Part shown: positions 39,077-49,405 of the stretch, one piece after another | How the letters are laid out: the number at the start of each line of letters is the position of its first letter | How positions within the stretch are numbered: the first letter of the stretch is position 1 | DNA from: Pyrinomonadaceae bacterium | Lineage (GTDB): Bacteria > Acidobacteriota > Blastocatellia > Pyrinomonadales > Pyrinomonadaceae | Assembly (NCBI GenBank): GCA_046313635.1 | Contig: JBKBYA010000006.1 | Coordinates: 166,385-230,384, forward strand | Direction: 5' to 3' | Length of the DNA: 64,000 nucleotides | Notes under the pieces: model-generated | Seen by the model: only the letters and a program-made list of their open reading frames with translations | Told to the model about the DNA's origin: nothing | Databases searched by the model: none | Position numbers and translations under genes: made by a program

Positions 39077-41173
39077 CTAACCGAGCGTCGCCATCGCCCG
39101 AAGTTTGCTGCTCACGTCCCTGTAATCGACGTTCTCCGAATAGACCTGCTCGTAATAGCGCGACGCATTCTCGTTGTCGCCCGAGACCTCGTAGGCTCCG
39201 GCAAGCTCGTACCAGAGACCGTGCCGCTCCTCGTCGTGAAGTCCGGGCGTCTCGAGCGCACGCTGAAACCATTTGATCGCGAGATGACTCATTCCGCTCT
39301 GCAGGAAGCAGTGACCGAGCAGCGTAGCGCATTGAAAGAATCGGCGCGAGCCGTCGTCCGCTGACACCAGCGCGATAGCGTCCTGATATTCTTTGATCGC
39401 CTCTTCGATCAGGCCCATCTCCTGATAGGCGATCGCCATGTGATAGTGCGTTTCGTAGTCGGTAGTGTCAGCGGTGTCGATCTCGTCGAGGCCAAACTCG
39501 TTGCGGATCTGGTCTATGTCGAGTGATCTCGAGACGGGCTCGAGCACGTCGTCGGCAAGCATCGCGATCGGCGCCGATCCGACGACGCCGTCGAGCATCT
39601 GCTCGAGCCGGGCGATCTCGGGCTGCTCGCCGTAGCGATCGCGGGCCTCCGCGAGACTCTTTCGCGCAAGGTCGCGGTAATCGTTCTCGATATAGAAAGC
39701 GATGCTCTCGACCTCTTTTTCGAGCTCAAGCATCATCGTCGGCGTAAGGTCGGCGCGGGCGGGTTCTCCGAGTTCAAAAGCGAGCTCTCCATTCCGGCTG
39801 CCGCCTGTGACCTCGGCGATCAATTCGCCGTCCGGGTCAGCGACAGACGAGAATTCGGCGGCGAGGGCTTCGACAGCGTCGGCCGGCAGCGCTCCATTCG
39901 CGTGTCCGACGGTCAAAAGATTCGGGTCGATCTCGACGGCGCCGGGGTCGGCCTCGCTCAGATCGGGGCCCATGCCGGCGTCAAACTCTTCGGCCTCAAA
40001 GCCGTGAAGTTCGTTGAGATATGCGAGCCGCTCGGCAAACTGCTCATTTTGCGGCACGAGTTCGACGAGCTGGACGAGGGCGTAGCGTTCGTCCTCGACG
40101 GAGCCCGCCGCGGAGGCTGCCTTCTGCAGACGCTCGAGACCGCGGACCCGCCCGTCGTCGTCCCGCTTCCACAAGTGGTAACGGACGAGCATCCGCAGAG
40201 CGTTCAATTCGTCAGCATCGACGGCGAGTATCTCGTCGAGCCAGCGTTTGTACTCGTCGGCCTTCCCGGCCGCAAGCAGATGTTCGGCGCAGACGGCAAA
40301 GCATCGCGAGGCGGCGACGGCGTCCGACTTCGCAAGATAAAGACCCACGAGATCGAGAAACTTTGGAAAGTTGCCGGGCTCGACCTCGGTCAGTTTGATC
40401 AAAACGCCCTCGGCCGCTTCGGGCCAGCCGCATTCAATGTGCGAATCTACCAGCAGCCGTGCAACATCGCGATTGCGCGGATTCTGCTGAAAGACAGACT
40501 CGATCTTCTCTACCGCCTCCTCGACGCGGCCGAGGATCTTGCACTGGTGGACCAGCTCGCGAAGGCATCGAATGTCTCCAGGCCTCGCATCGAGTCCGCG
40601 CAGCAGCGCGGCGCGAGCGTCCTCGTGCTGCCCGGCGCGGCTGAGCCGCACCGCAGCCTCGACAAACGACTGCGCCGCATTCTCGGCGTCCTGGTCCTGC
40701 AAGTATGCCTCGGCCAGACGGATCAGGACCTCGGTATTGTTGGGGTCGAGCAGCGCTATCTGCTTCCAGATGGCGAGAGCCTCGGCCCGCCATCCCTTGC
40801 TCATATAGTGCTCGGCGAGAGTCGTGTAATGCGATCGGGCCTCCGAGAGCGAGCCTTTGAGTTTATAGAGCTCGGCAAGCTTGGCAGAGACCTCGACCGA
40901 TCCCGGATCCAGCCGTGCGATCTTGTTGTAGATCGCGATCGCCTTCTGCGCAAAGCCCTGCCGGCTGTAATGTTCGGCGACGCGCGTGTAGCAGCGAATG
41001 GCGGCGCGCTTGTTTCCGTTCTTGGCGTGCAGGTCGCCAAGCATATTGAGAGTGCCAAAATCTCTCGGATCGCTCTCGACGATCCGCTGATATTCCTCGA
41101 TTGCCGACGGGAGCTTGCCTTGTGCCACGTACCTTTCGGCCGCGCGCATTGCCCGTGATCTATCAAAACTCAT
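39077..41173 (-). CDS. Multi-TPR protein (SgmX-like architecture)
   Basis: N-terminal TPR array, acidic linker, C-terminal ETHYHMAIAYQEMGLIEEAI TPRs. Confidence 0.8.
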   Translation of the reverse strand: MSFDRSRAMRAAERYVAQGKLPSAIEEYQRIVESDPRDFGTLNMLGDLHAKNGNKRAAIRCYTRVAEHYSRQGFAQKAIAIYNKIARLDPGSVEVSAKLAELYKLKGSLSEARSHYTTLAEHYMSKGWRAEALAIWKQIALLDPNNTEVLIRLAEAYLQDQDAENAAQSFVEAAVRLSRAGQHEDARAALLRGLDARPGDIRCLRELVHQCKILGRVEEAVEKIESVFQQNPRNRDVARLLVDSHIECGWPEAAEGVLIKLTEVEPGNFPKFLDLVGLYLAKSDAVAASRCFAVCAEHLLAAGKADEYKRWLDEILAVDADELNALRMLVRYHLWKRDDDGRVRGLERLQKAASAAGSVEDERYALVQLVELVPQNEQFAERLAYLNELHGFEAEEFDAGMGPDLSEADPGAVEIDPNLLTVGHANGALPADAVEALAAEFSSVADPDGELIAEVTGGSRNGELAFELGEPARADLTPTMMLELEKEVESIAFYIENDYRDLARKSLAEARDRYGEQPEIARLEQMLDGVVGSAPIAMLADDVLEPVSRSLDIDQIRNEFGLDEIDTADTTDYETHYHMAIAYQEMGLIEEAIKEYQDAIALVSADDGSRRFFQCATLLGHCFLQSGMSHLAIKWFQRALETPGLHDEERHGLWYELAGAYEVSGDNENASRYYEQVYSENVDYRDVSSKLRAMATLG

Positions 41174-41404
41174 GGTGTGTTTGGCCTAAATGGTAGAAAA
41201 CCGAAGCCTGGGACGGCCCGTGCTGTGCGGGATGGGTCGGGCCGCCGCTAATGACCAAGCCCGTGGCTATAAATTAGCACCTGCAAAATATAGTGTCAAA
41301 CACTTCTAAACATCGTTATTTATCGATGAATCATCGGCGAGGTCACGCTTTTTTGATTTTTGCCTTTTATTTTCATAGGCTTAGTTCGTCAGCCCGAAGG
41401 ACCT

Positions 41405-42445
41405 ATGCAGGCTCTAATACTCGCCGGCGGCAAGGGAACGCGACTCCGACCGCTCACGCTTTATACTCCGAAGCCGATCGTACCGGTAATGAACCGGCCA
41501 TTCCTGATCTACCAGCTCGATATTCTCCGGCGGGCCGGCATCACCGACATCGTCCTGTCGCTGAGCTATCAGCCTGACAAGATCGAGCAGCTTTTGGGCG
41601 ACGGCTCCGAATACGGCGTCAGCCTCCGCTATGTGACCGAGCCGAGCCCGCTCGGAACCGGCGGCGCGTACCGCTTTGCTTCGGACGTGATCACAGACAC
41701 CACGGTCGTGCTTAACGGCGATATTCTTACCGATCTCGATCTTTCGGCCGTGGTCAATGCACACGTCTCGACAGAGGCCGAGGCAACCATCGTGCTTACG
41801 CCGGTGACCGACCCGAGCTCGTACGGCCTCGTCGAACTCGACGACGAGCGGCGCGTCCGGCGTTTTTTAGAAAAGCCAAAGCCCGAGCAGATCGCCGATC
41901 TGCAAACCGATACGATCAACGCCGGCATCTACGTGCTCGAACCCGGCATTCGCGATCTCATTCCGCAAGGCGAGAATCGCTCGTTCGAATATCACGTCTT
42001 TCCCGAGCTGCTCGAGCGCAAGAGCCGTTTCTACGGTTATGTGATCGCGGGTGAATACTGGCGCGACCTCGGTACGCCGTCGAGCTATCACGCCGCGCAC
42101 ATCGACTTTCTCGCCGGCCGGATCCGCGGCTTTGAGCGTGAAGCGGGCGGCGACTCGGACGTCGCGCACACGGCCAGCATCGATGCCGATTCTCTGCTCG
42201 CAGAGGGCTGCATCGTAAAGCCCAACGCGCGGATCACAAATTCGGTGCTCGGCCCCGGCGTTCATGTCGAGGAGCGGGCGATCATTCAGAACTCGGTCAT
42301 TTGGGGACACACCCGCGTGGCCGCCTCTGCCGAAGTGCGGGGCGCCGTCATCGCGCGGAGCTGTCATATCGGCCGCAGCTCCTTTGTCGGCGAGGGCTCG
42401 GTGCTCGGCGACAAAGCGTCGATCCCGGACTATTCGCGCGTCTGA
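41405..42445 (+). CDS. NDP-sugar synthase (mannose-1-phosphate guanylyltransferase-like)
   Basis: ILAGGKGTRLRPLT...PKP, EPSPLGTGG, NGD, FLEKP, hexapeptide C-terminus. Confidence 0.9.
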   Translation: MQALILAGGKGTRLRPLTLYTPKPIVPVMNRPFLIYQLDILRRAGITDIVLSLSYQPDKIEQLLGDGSEYGVSLRYVTEPSPLGTGGAYRFASDVITDTTVVLNGDILTDLDLSAVVNAHVSTEAEATIVLTPVTDPSSYGLVELDDERRVRRFLEKPKPEQIADLQTDTINAGIYVLEPGIRDLIPQGENRSFEYHVFPELLERKSRFYGYVIAGEYWRDLGTPSSYHAAHIDFLAGRIRGFEREAGGDSDVAHTASIDADSLLAEGCIVKPNARITNSVLGPGVHVEERAIIQNSVIWGHTRVAASAEVRGAVIARSCHIGRSSFVGEGSVLGDKASIPDYSRV

Positions 42446-42608
42446 ATCTTGTTCTAATTGCGTACGCCCTCAAACTCCGACGTCACCTCATCCTCTAAGA
42501 TCAAAGCATCGCGGCGACTCGAATGCCCCGTTCGGCGACAACCGTACGGGGCACGCCTCTTGCTCCTCTCGCCTTTGAAATCACATCTGTATCGGAGGAC
42601 AACAATCG

Positions 42609-42860
42609 ATGAAAGGCATTTTTACTATTCTGGGCGGCCTCGGCGTCGGGGCGGCCCTTATGTATTTCTTTGACCCGCAAGAGGGCAGCCGTCGACGGGC
42701 GCTTGTCAAAGACAAAGCGACGAGCATTAACGACCGCGCTCAGGACGCGATCTCCGGACGGGTGCAAGACGTTACGAACCGCGCAAAGGGCCTGCTGCAC
42801 GAGGCAGGATTGAAGGGCTCGGCGACCCGCGATGTGTCGGAACAGCGGACGATCCAATAA
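42609..42860 (+). CDS. YtxH-like small protein
   Basis: GLGVGAALMYFFDPQEGSRRR; GGAGG RBS. Confidence 0.8.
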   Translation: MKGIFTILGGLGVGAALMYFFDPQEGSRRRALVKDKATSINDRAQDAISGRVQDVTNRAKGLLHEAGLKGSATRDVSEQRTIQ

Positions 42861-42881
42861 GCGGACGGGAGAGAGTGCAAG

Positions 42882-44030
42882 ATGAAACAATTCAGTTTTC
42901 TGAAAAGCGTACTTCAATTCGAGCCGTCGCCCGGCTCCAAAGTGGTGTCGGTCTATCTGAACACCGAAGCGAACGAGAACGGTAAAAAGGTGCACGACGT
43001 CTTTCTGCGCAAGCAGATCGCCGAGCACGGCGCCGTGATGCAGGAAGACTCGCCGGAACGCGCCTCGTTCGACGCCGCGGTCGAAAAGATCAATTCGTTC
43101 GTCGACAAGATCGACGCTTCGACACGCGGCGTGGCCGTATTCGCGGCGGCGGGGTCTGACGAGTTATTCGAGGCGTTCGAGTTTGCAGTGCCGTTCGAGA
43201 GTGACGTCTTCGAGATCGCGGATCGTCCGTACATTCGTCCGATCGTGCAGCTCGTCGAGCAAGATCCGCCCTTCGCGGTCGTCGCGGCCGACTCAAACAA
43301 GGCGCACATTTACGTCTTCAAGCGCGGGCACACGATCGATCGGCAAAAGATCTCGAATGAGACGCTCAGCCGCACCGAGGCCGGCGGCTGGTCGCAGATG
43401 CGTTACCAGCGGCGGATCGACGGCTTTCATCAGGCGCATGCAAAAGAGGTCGTCGCCGAGGTCGAAAAGCTCGTCCGCGACGAGGGCATCGACCGCGTCG
43501 TCCTATGCGGCGACGAGGCCGTGATCATCCCGATGCTCAGGTCTGAGCTCTCTAAGGAACTTTCGGAGAAGGTGGTCGGTACGCTCTCGCACAATATAGA
43601 CACGCCCGAGAACGAACTCGCCCAGGCGGCCGCAGAACTGCTACGCAGCCACGACGCCGAAGAGGACAAGGCAATGATCGCGCAGCTCGTCGAGCAGGAT
43701 TACGACCGAGGCCGCGGCGTCACCGGTGTCGAGACCACGCTGACCGCGCTGCTGAACGGCCAGGTCCAGGAGCTCTATATGTCGGCGAGCCCTGAAGCGG
43801 TCCGGTACAACCGCAACGAAGTGCGGCAGGTGATAGCAGAGTACCAGCCGGGCGAGGACAGCGAACTTCCCGACCCGCGCGAGGCGCGAATGGTGATCGA
43901 CGAACTGCTTCGCCGCGCGGCGCAGACGGCCGACCGGATCAGGTTCATTGAGGACCCCGAACTTCTTGCCGCGGCGGGCGGCGTTGGAGCTCTGCTGCGA
44001 TATCAGGCAAAAGGAGTGACAAATCTATGA
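42882..44030 (+). CDS. Bacterial archaeo-eukaryotic release factor (baeRF/eRF1-like) family protein
   Basis: VVSVYLN, AGGWSQMRYQRR, GGVGALLRY. Confidence 0.88.
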   Translation: MKQFSFLKSVLQFEPSPGSKVVSVYLNTEANENGKKVHDVFLRKQIAEHGAVMQEDSPERASFDAAVEKINSFVDKIDASTRGVAVFAAAGSDELFEAFEFAVPFESDVFEIADRPYIRPIVQLVEQDPPFAVVAADSNKAHIYVFKRGHTIDRQKISNETLSRTEAGGWSQMRYQRRIDGFHQAHAKEVVAEVEKLVRDEGIDRVVLCGDEAVIIPMLRSELSKELSEKVVGTLSHNIDTPENELAQAAAELLRSHDAEEDKAMIAQLVEQDYDRGRGVTGVETTLTALLNGQVQELYMSASPEAVRYNRNEVRQVIAEYQPGEDSELPDPREARMVIDELLRRAAQTADRIRFIEDPELLAAAGGVGALLRYQAKGVTNL

Positions 44031-44176
44031 GCGAAAAAACGAGACAAAAAAAGGACGGTGAGGACAAGAACAAAAACAATCAGCGAATGAAAACGACCGA
44101 GAACGACGCGGGCAAAAAGAACGCGGTATCTCAGCGGCAGGACAAGACGGGCAGCGGAATTGGCAAGCAAAGCTGA
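44027..44176 (+). CDS. 49-aa hydrophilic small protein
   Basis: Below the ORF-track cutoff; ATGA overlap with the baeRF stop, AGGAG upstream; MSEKTRQKKDGEDKNKNNQRMKTTENDAGKKNAVSQRQDKTGSGIGKQS. Confidence 0.55.
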   Translation: MSEKTRQKKDGEDKNKNNQRMKTTENDAGKKNAVSQRQDKTGSGIGKQS

Positions 44177-44247
44177 CCCGCTCGCGCGTGGGAGGCGAAA
44201 CAACTAGAATCAAAACGGCCGTCGGACGCAATCCGGCGGCCGTTTCT

Positions 44248-45081
44248 ATGCCCGAACTTCCGGAAGTCGAACTCGTCGCACGCTCGCTCGACCGCCTTGT
44301 CGCCGGCCGTCGGATCGCCCGGGCCGCGCTCCTGCGCGCTCGACTCGCGCCCGATACGACCGCAGAAAAGTTTGCCGGCGATCTCGCATCGTCGCGCATT
44401 AGAGCCGTCGGCCGCCGCGGCAAGCACATCCTCTTTGACCTCGACAATCGGCGCACGCTGATCACGCATCTGCGGATGAGCGGGAGATTCATGCTGCTCG
44501 ACGCCGACCGCGAAGACCCGAGATTCACGCACGCCGTCTTCTATTTTGACGACGAGACGAGACTCGTCTTTCAGGACCAGCGGCATTTTGGGATGATGAA
44601 GGTCGTCGAATCGGAGCGTCTCGCCGCCCAGAAAGAGATCGCAAAACTCGCGCCCGAGCCGCTGTCCGACGACTTTACGCATTCTGCGTTTTGCACCTCG
44701 CTCAAAAGCTCGCGCCGCACGATCAAAGAATTTCTTCTCGACCAGACGAAGGTCTGCGGGCTCGGCAACATCTACGCTGCCGAGGCGCTTTTTCTCGCCG
44801 GCGTTCACCCGGCCGCGCGCACGCATCGCCTATCGCGGCGACGAGCCGAGCTGCTTTACGAGATGATCCGGCAGGTACTGCAAGAGGCGATCGACGCGGG
44901 ATCGACGATCGACGTCGATCCGGAGAATATCGAGGCGAGCTATTACGGCGGCGGTTACGGATCGAGCTGGCGCGTCTACGACCGCGAGAGCGAGCCGTGC
45001 GTCAAATGCGAACGGCCGATCGCCCGCATCGTCCAGGCCGGCCGGTCAAGCTATCATTGTCCGCACTGCCAGCGCCGCTAA
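44248..45081 (+). CDS. mutM: Formamidopyrimidine-DNA glycosylase
   Basis: MPELPEVE, HLRMSG, GLGNIYA, C-terminal zinc finger. Confidence 0.97.
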   Translation: MPELPEVELVARSLDRLVAGRRIARAALLRARLAPDTTAEKFAGDLASSRIRAVGRRGKHILFDLDNRRTLITHLRMSGRFMLLDADREDPRFTHAVFYFDDETRLVFQDQRHFGMMKVVESERLAAQKEIAKLAPEPLSDDFTHSAFCTSLKSSRRTIKEFLLDQTKVCGLGNIYAAEALFLAGVHPAARTHRLSRRRAELLYEMIRQVLQEAIDAGSTIDVDPENIEASYYGGGYGSSWRVYDRESEPCVKCERPIARIVQAGRSSYHCPHCQRR

Positions 45082-45145
45082 AGACGCGTCCGGCGGGCGC
45101 TCGCTTGACACTGCCGCCGCGAAGGCGGATATTCATTTTTGATCT

Positions 45146-45197
45146 TCGTGGTGAGTTAATGCGACTTGCGACCACGTTAAATAAACTGCTAAACAGC
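45146..45197 (+). ncRNA. SAM-II-like riboswitch aptamer
   Basis: CGTGGTGAGTT...CTTGCGACCACGTTAAATAAACTGCTAAAC: CGTGGT/ACCACG stem, TTGC and GCTAAA as in SAM-II; upstream of a Met synthesis gene; TTGACA at 45105. Confidence 0.7.
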
Positions 45198-45224
45198 CGA
45201 ACGACAAAACGGATCTTCGACGAG

Positions 45225-45249
45225 TCTCGCTGTTTGGCGAGATTTTTTT
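45225..45249 (+). terminator. Leader terminator (expression platform)
   Basis: tctcgc-tgtttg-gcgaga-ttttttt directly before ATG 45250. Confidence 0.7.
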
Positions 45250-47154
45250 ATGAAACCATTTCGCGATCTCCTCGCTGAGGACGGTGTCTTTGTATTTGAC
45301 GGTGCGGTCGGCACGCGGCTCTACGACAAGGGCGTTTACATCAACCGCAGCTACGACGAGCTCAACCTCGTCGCGCCGGACCTCGTCCGCGAGGTGCACG
45401 AGGAGTACGTCAAGGCCGGTAGCGACGTCATCGAGACCAATTCGTTCGGCGCGACGCGGCACAAGTTGCAGGCGTACGGGCTCGAATCGAGGCTCCATGA
45501 GATCAACGTCGCCGCCGCGCGGATCGCTCGAGAGGCGGCCGGCGACAGGGTCTACGTCGCCGGAGCGATCGGGCCGCTCGGTCTGCGGATCGAGCCGTAC
45601 GGCCCGACGTCGTTTGACGAGGCGAAGGAGATGTTCAAGGAGCAGGCCGCAGGACTGCTCGAGGGCGGCGTCGATCTTTTTGTCCTCGAGACCTTCTCGG
45701 AGCTGCCGGCGATAGAGCAGGCGATCCGCGCCGTGCGCGAGCTGTGCGATCTGCCGATCGTCGCGCAGATGACGATCCAGGCAGATCTCAAAACGACATT
45801 CGGCACGGCCCCCGATGTTTTCACGACGCGGCTCGACGAGCTCGGCGTGGACGTCATCGGACTCAATTGCGGGATGGGCCCGACGCACGTCCTCTCGGCG
45901 CTCGAAAAGATGCGCGAGCTGACAAGCCGCCCGCTGTCGGCACAGCCAAACGCCGGTCTGCCGCGCGACGTGCAGGGCCGGCAGCTCTATATGGGCTCGC
46001 CCGAGTACATGGCGAAATTCTCCAAACGCTTTGTCCAGGCCGGAGCGAAATTCGTCGGCGGCTGCTGCGGCACGACGCCCGCGCACATCAAGCTCATCTC
46101 CGACGCGATCCGCTCGATCAGTCCGCGGCAGGCGCAGGTGCTCCTCAAGCACGAAAAGGTCCGCGTCGCCGATCTCAAGCCCGCCGACGTCGAGGTCGTG
46201 CCCGCCGAGCAGCGCTCGAAGTGGTCGCGCAAGATCGCCCGCGGCGAATTTGTCACCTCGGTCGAGGTGCTGCCGCCCAAGGGCTGCGACGCGCAAAAGA
46301 CGCTCGATTCGATCCGGCTCCTGAAAGACGCGGGCGTCGACGCCGTCAACATTCCCGACGGCCCGCGTGCGCAGACCAGAATGTCCGCGCAGGCGACCGC
46401 CGTGCTGGTCGAGCGAGAGGTCGGCATCGAGGCCGTGCTCCATTACTGCTGCCGCGACCGCAACCTGCTCGGGATGATGTCGGACCTGCTCGGCGCGGCC
46501 GCGCTCGGGCTGCACAATCTTTTGATCATCACCGGTGACCCGCCGAAGATGGGGCCGTATCCGGACGCGACCGCGGTCTTTGATATCGACTCGATCGGCC
46601 TGACAAATATGGTCAACAAGCTCAACCACGGGCTCGACCTCGGCAACAACCCGATCGGCTGCCCGACCGCATTCTCGATCGGCGTCGGCGTCAATCCCGG
46701 CGCGGTCAACATCGACGAAGAGATCCGCCGTTTTGAATGGAAGGTCGAGGCCGGCGCCGAGTACGCCATCACGCAGCCGGTCTTTGATACCGAACAGCTC
46801 CGCTCGTTTTTAGATCGGATCGCGCACGTCCGCATCCCGATCGTCGCTGGCATCTGGCCGCTGGTGAGCTATCGCAACGCCGAGTTTTTGCACAACGAGG
46901 TCCCGGGCGTCAACGTTACGCCCGAGATCCTTGAACGGATGCGCATCGCGTCGGAAAAAGGAAAAGAAGAAGCCCGCGAAGAGGGCATCAAGATCGCCCG
47001 CGAATCGCTGCTCGAGGTGCGCGACGTGATCGCCGGCGTACAGGTCTCGGCGCCCTTCGGCAACGTCAAGTACGCGCTGCAGGTCTTTGGCGCTCTCGAG
47101 GAATTCGGTCACCTCGATACTCCGTCCGAGAAAACGATCGGGGAGCCGGCCTAG
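45250..47154 (+). CDS. Bifunctional homocysteine S-methyltransferase / methylenetetrahydrofolate reductase (YitJ-like)
   Basis: DGAVGT, ETNSFGA, GLNC, GGCCGT, followed by an MTHFR domain (ITGDPP, ITQPVFD). Confidence 0.93.
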   Translation: MKPFRDLLAEDGVFVFDGAVGTRLYDKGVYINRSYDELNLVAPDLVREVHEEYVKAGSDVIETNSFGATRHKLQAYGLESRLHEINVAAARIAREAAGDRVYVAGAIGPLGLRIEPYGPTSFDEAKEMFKEQAAGLLEGGVDLFVLETFSELPAIEQAIRAVRELCDLPIVAQMTIQADLKTTFGTAPDVFTTRLDELGVDVIGLNCGMGPTHVLSALEKMRELTSRPLSAQPNAGLPRDVQGRQLYMGSPEYMAKFSKRFVQAGAKFVGGCCGTTPAHIKLISDAIRSISPRQAQVLLKHEKVRVADLKPADVEVVPAEQRSKWSRKIARGEFVTSVEVLPPKGCDAQKTLDSIRLLKDAGVDAVNIPDGPRAQTRMSAQATAVLVEREVGIEAVLHYCCRDRNLLGMMSDLLGAAALGLHNLLIITGDPPKMGPYPDATAVFDIDSIGLTNMVNKLNHGLDLGNNPIGCPTAFSIGVGVNPGAVNIDEEIRRFEWKVEAGAEYAITQPVFDTEQLRSFLDRIAHVRIPIVAGIWPLVSYRNAEFLHNEVPGVNVTPEILERMRIASEKGKEEAREEGIKIARESLLEVRDVIAGVQVSAPFGNVKYALQVFGALEEFGHLDTPSEKTIGEPA

Positions 47155-47195
47155 GCCTGCTCCCCGTCATTTTGCCCGATCGATTTTCGACTCAG

Positions 47196-48563
47196 CTATC
47201 GCACGTCAAAAGTATTCACCGCGAAATCGGCACCGACTCCCCACGAGATCGGCAGAGCGCTTTGGCTCAGACTCTGAAAGATCCAAAAGGTGCTCGCCGC
47301 CGTGACCGTCGTCCCGCTCCGATAGATCGCAATGTCCGCCCGGCCGTCGCCGTCGTAGTCGCCCTGAGCGGGAATATCGCTCGAGATACCGAACTGCTGC
47401 GTTCGCGTCTGCGAATTCGAGCTCTGCAGTATCCACCAGACCAGCGGCGCCGAACCGGTCGCTCCCGTGCGTGCGACCGCGTAGTCAAACTTTCCGTCGC
47501 CGTCATAATCGCCGGGCAGCACGTAATCAGTGTTGAAGTTGCCGAACGCTTGATAGACGACTCCGCCGTCCGAGCTTCGCCTGATGATATAGGTATTCGC
47601 AGGGGACTGCCCAAAACGGTAAACCGCGATGTCGAACTTCCCGTCGCCGTCATAGTCGCCCGGTATCGGAAAGTCGTTGCTCGTCGTCCCGTTCCCGGTC
47701 AGTCCCCACGGCATCACGAGATCGCCGCCCGAGACGCTGGAACGGATCCACCAAACGGCCTGGTCGGTCGCTGCCGCACCGCGCCGGTAGATCGCCGGGT
47801 CGGTCCTGCCGTCTCCGTCGTAATCCCTCGCCACCGCCTGATCGCCGTTCAGACCAAATGCAACGACTTGGGCGGTATTATCCGAGGAGCGGAATATGTA
47901 AAACCGGCTCTGAGCTCCCGCGGTCGCTCCCGCGCGGTAGACCGCGATATCGCCCTTGCCGTCGCCGTCGTAGTCACCCGGCGTCGGAAAGTCAGTGTTG
48001 GCATCGCCCCAATCAAAGGTCTGCGTGCCGCCCGAGCTCAGGCGATTCCAATATGTTATCTGCGAGACGCCTGGAGGAGCGACATTTGGAAACCGCAGGA
48101 TGCTGAGATCCACTCGTCCGTCGCCGTCGTAGTCGATCGGGCGCGCCTTCGCGATCTGACCGCGGATCTCGCCGCCGGGGATATTGGCCGAATGCACGTT
48201 CACATATCCAAGTCCGGCCCTCAACTGCGAGATCTGCGTAGGCGTTATCGTTGTCGAACCCGAGATAGTGCCTGAAGTGCCGCCGACCGCGCCGAGATTG
48301 ATCGCAACACCGGCGTTGGCCCCGATGGCCCCCGGAGCATGAATGTGAGACGCGGTTTGATTGCTTGTCAGACCGTTAAAGACGACCGTGAACTGGATCG
48401 TCCCGGCCGCCTCGTTCAAAAAGATCCTCGCATATCCGGTGGCGGACGTGGCCGCGGGAGGCACCTCCTGAGCCCCGGTGAGGTAAGCCGTAAAGATCTC
48501 GCCCTTCGCGGTCGAGGTCAAAAAAATGCCGAATGCGACTAACAATGCAGCGCGCAGCTTCAT
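47196..48563 (-). CDS. Secreted CHRD-domain protein with FG-GAP/VCBS repeats
   Basis: LTGAQEVPP, SHIH, YVNVHSANIPGGEIRGQ, several DYDGDG repeats; start ATG 48563 after GGAGG. Confidence 0.9.
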   Translation of the reverse strand: MKLRAALLVAFGIFLTSTAKGEIFTAYLTGAQEVPPAATSATGYARIFLNEAAGTIQFTVVFNGLTSNQTASHIHAPGAIGANAGVAINLGAVGGTSGTISGSTTITPTQISQLRAGLGYVNVHSANIPGGEIRGQIAKARPIDYDGDGRVDLSILRFPNVAPPGVSQITYWNRLSSGGTQTFDWGDANTDFPTPGDYDGDGKGDIAVYRAGATAGAQSRFYIFRSSDNTAQVVAFGLNGDQAVARDYDGDGRTDPAIYRRGAAATDQAVWWIRSSVSGGDLVMPWGLTGNGTTSNDFPIPGDYDGDGKFDIAVYRFGQSPANTYIIRRSSDGGVVYQAFGNFNTDYVLPGDYDGDGKFDYAVARTGATGSAPLVWWILQSSNSQTRTQQFGISSDIPAQGDYDGDGRADIAIYRSGTTVTAASTFWIFQSLSQSALPISWGVGADFAVNTFDVR

Positions 48564-48657
48564 AGTTCCCCTTCCTCCATAAAGTTGATAGAGGACAACG
48601 TTATTACCGATACCGCCCGCGGTCAATGAATTTATGGCCCAACGCGCCGCCGAAGCG

Positions 48658-48704
48658 AAAAAAGGGCCGTCCGAGATCTCGATCCCGGACGGCCCTCTTT
48701 TTTT
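48658..48704. terminator. Bidirectional intrinsic terminator
   Basis: aaaaaagggccgtccg...cggacggccctcttttttt. Confidence 0.8.
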
Positions 48705-48742
48705 ACCTTCCCCTTGCTCGTATGTATCGCTCACCCGAGACG

Positions 48743-49207
48743 TCACCGGCCCGAGCTTGCTCCTTGTGATCTTGCGAATGTCTTTTTCTCTTTTTCCATC
48801 TCGGCGCCGAGCTCCTCGAGCACGGCGGCGTCAAACTGCTCCTCGATCATCTTGAACATCTCGCCCTCTTCCTCCATCACGTGATGCTCGATGTCCTCGC
48901 GGAGCACTTTCATCTTTGGCTCGACCTTTTCGCTGTCGTCGGTCAGGGCCGCGATCTCGCGGAGAAACATCTTTGCCTGACGATGCTCCTCGATGCCCTC
49001 GGCGATGATGTCCTTGAGTTCCTGATCGCCCTCCTCGCGCATACGCGGGTAAAAGATGGTCTCTTCGATATGAGTATGGACCTCGAGCTCGGTCTTGATC
49101 TTTTCAAAAAGCTTGAGCTTCTCTTCGGTGCTGTCGGCGACCTCCGCCTTTTGAAAAAGTTGATCGACCCGGTCGTGGTCTTCTTTGAGCAGTTCTAAAG
49201 CGTTCAT
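48743..49207 (-). CDS. Hemerythrin-domain protein
   Basis: LKEDH, HTHIEETIFYP, EEH, HHVMEEE. Confidence 0.92.
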   Translation of the reverse strand: MNALELLKEDHDRVDQLFQKAEVADSTEEKLKLFEKIKTELEVHTHIEETIFYPRMREEGDQELKDIIAEGIEEHRQAKMFLREIAALTDDSEKVEPKMKVLREDIEHHVMEEEGEMFKMIEEQFDAAVLEELGAEMEKEKKTFARSQGASSGR

Positions 49208-49405
49208 CGTTCCTCCCTGTTTCGATTGGCTGCAATTCGGAGCCCGGCCGGCTATTTTGCAACCGATGTGCCAGCGCAGGGTTTATCGAGCTTTGAGTAT
49301 CGGTGCCGAGAAGGAGGTCGCGGAGTTGTAAGCAAACAGGACAGGCGCAGGGAGAGTTGCGGATCGGGGCGCAGACGTGCGAAGACGGCCGGCCAGCGGC
49401 GCAGG

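Noticed and set aside
45159..45278. Leader peptide MRLATTLNK... controlling the methionine gene
   Set aside because: No Met-codon enrichment; the riboswitch model explains the sequence better.
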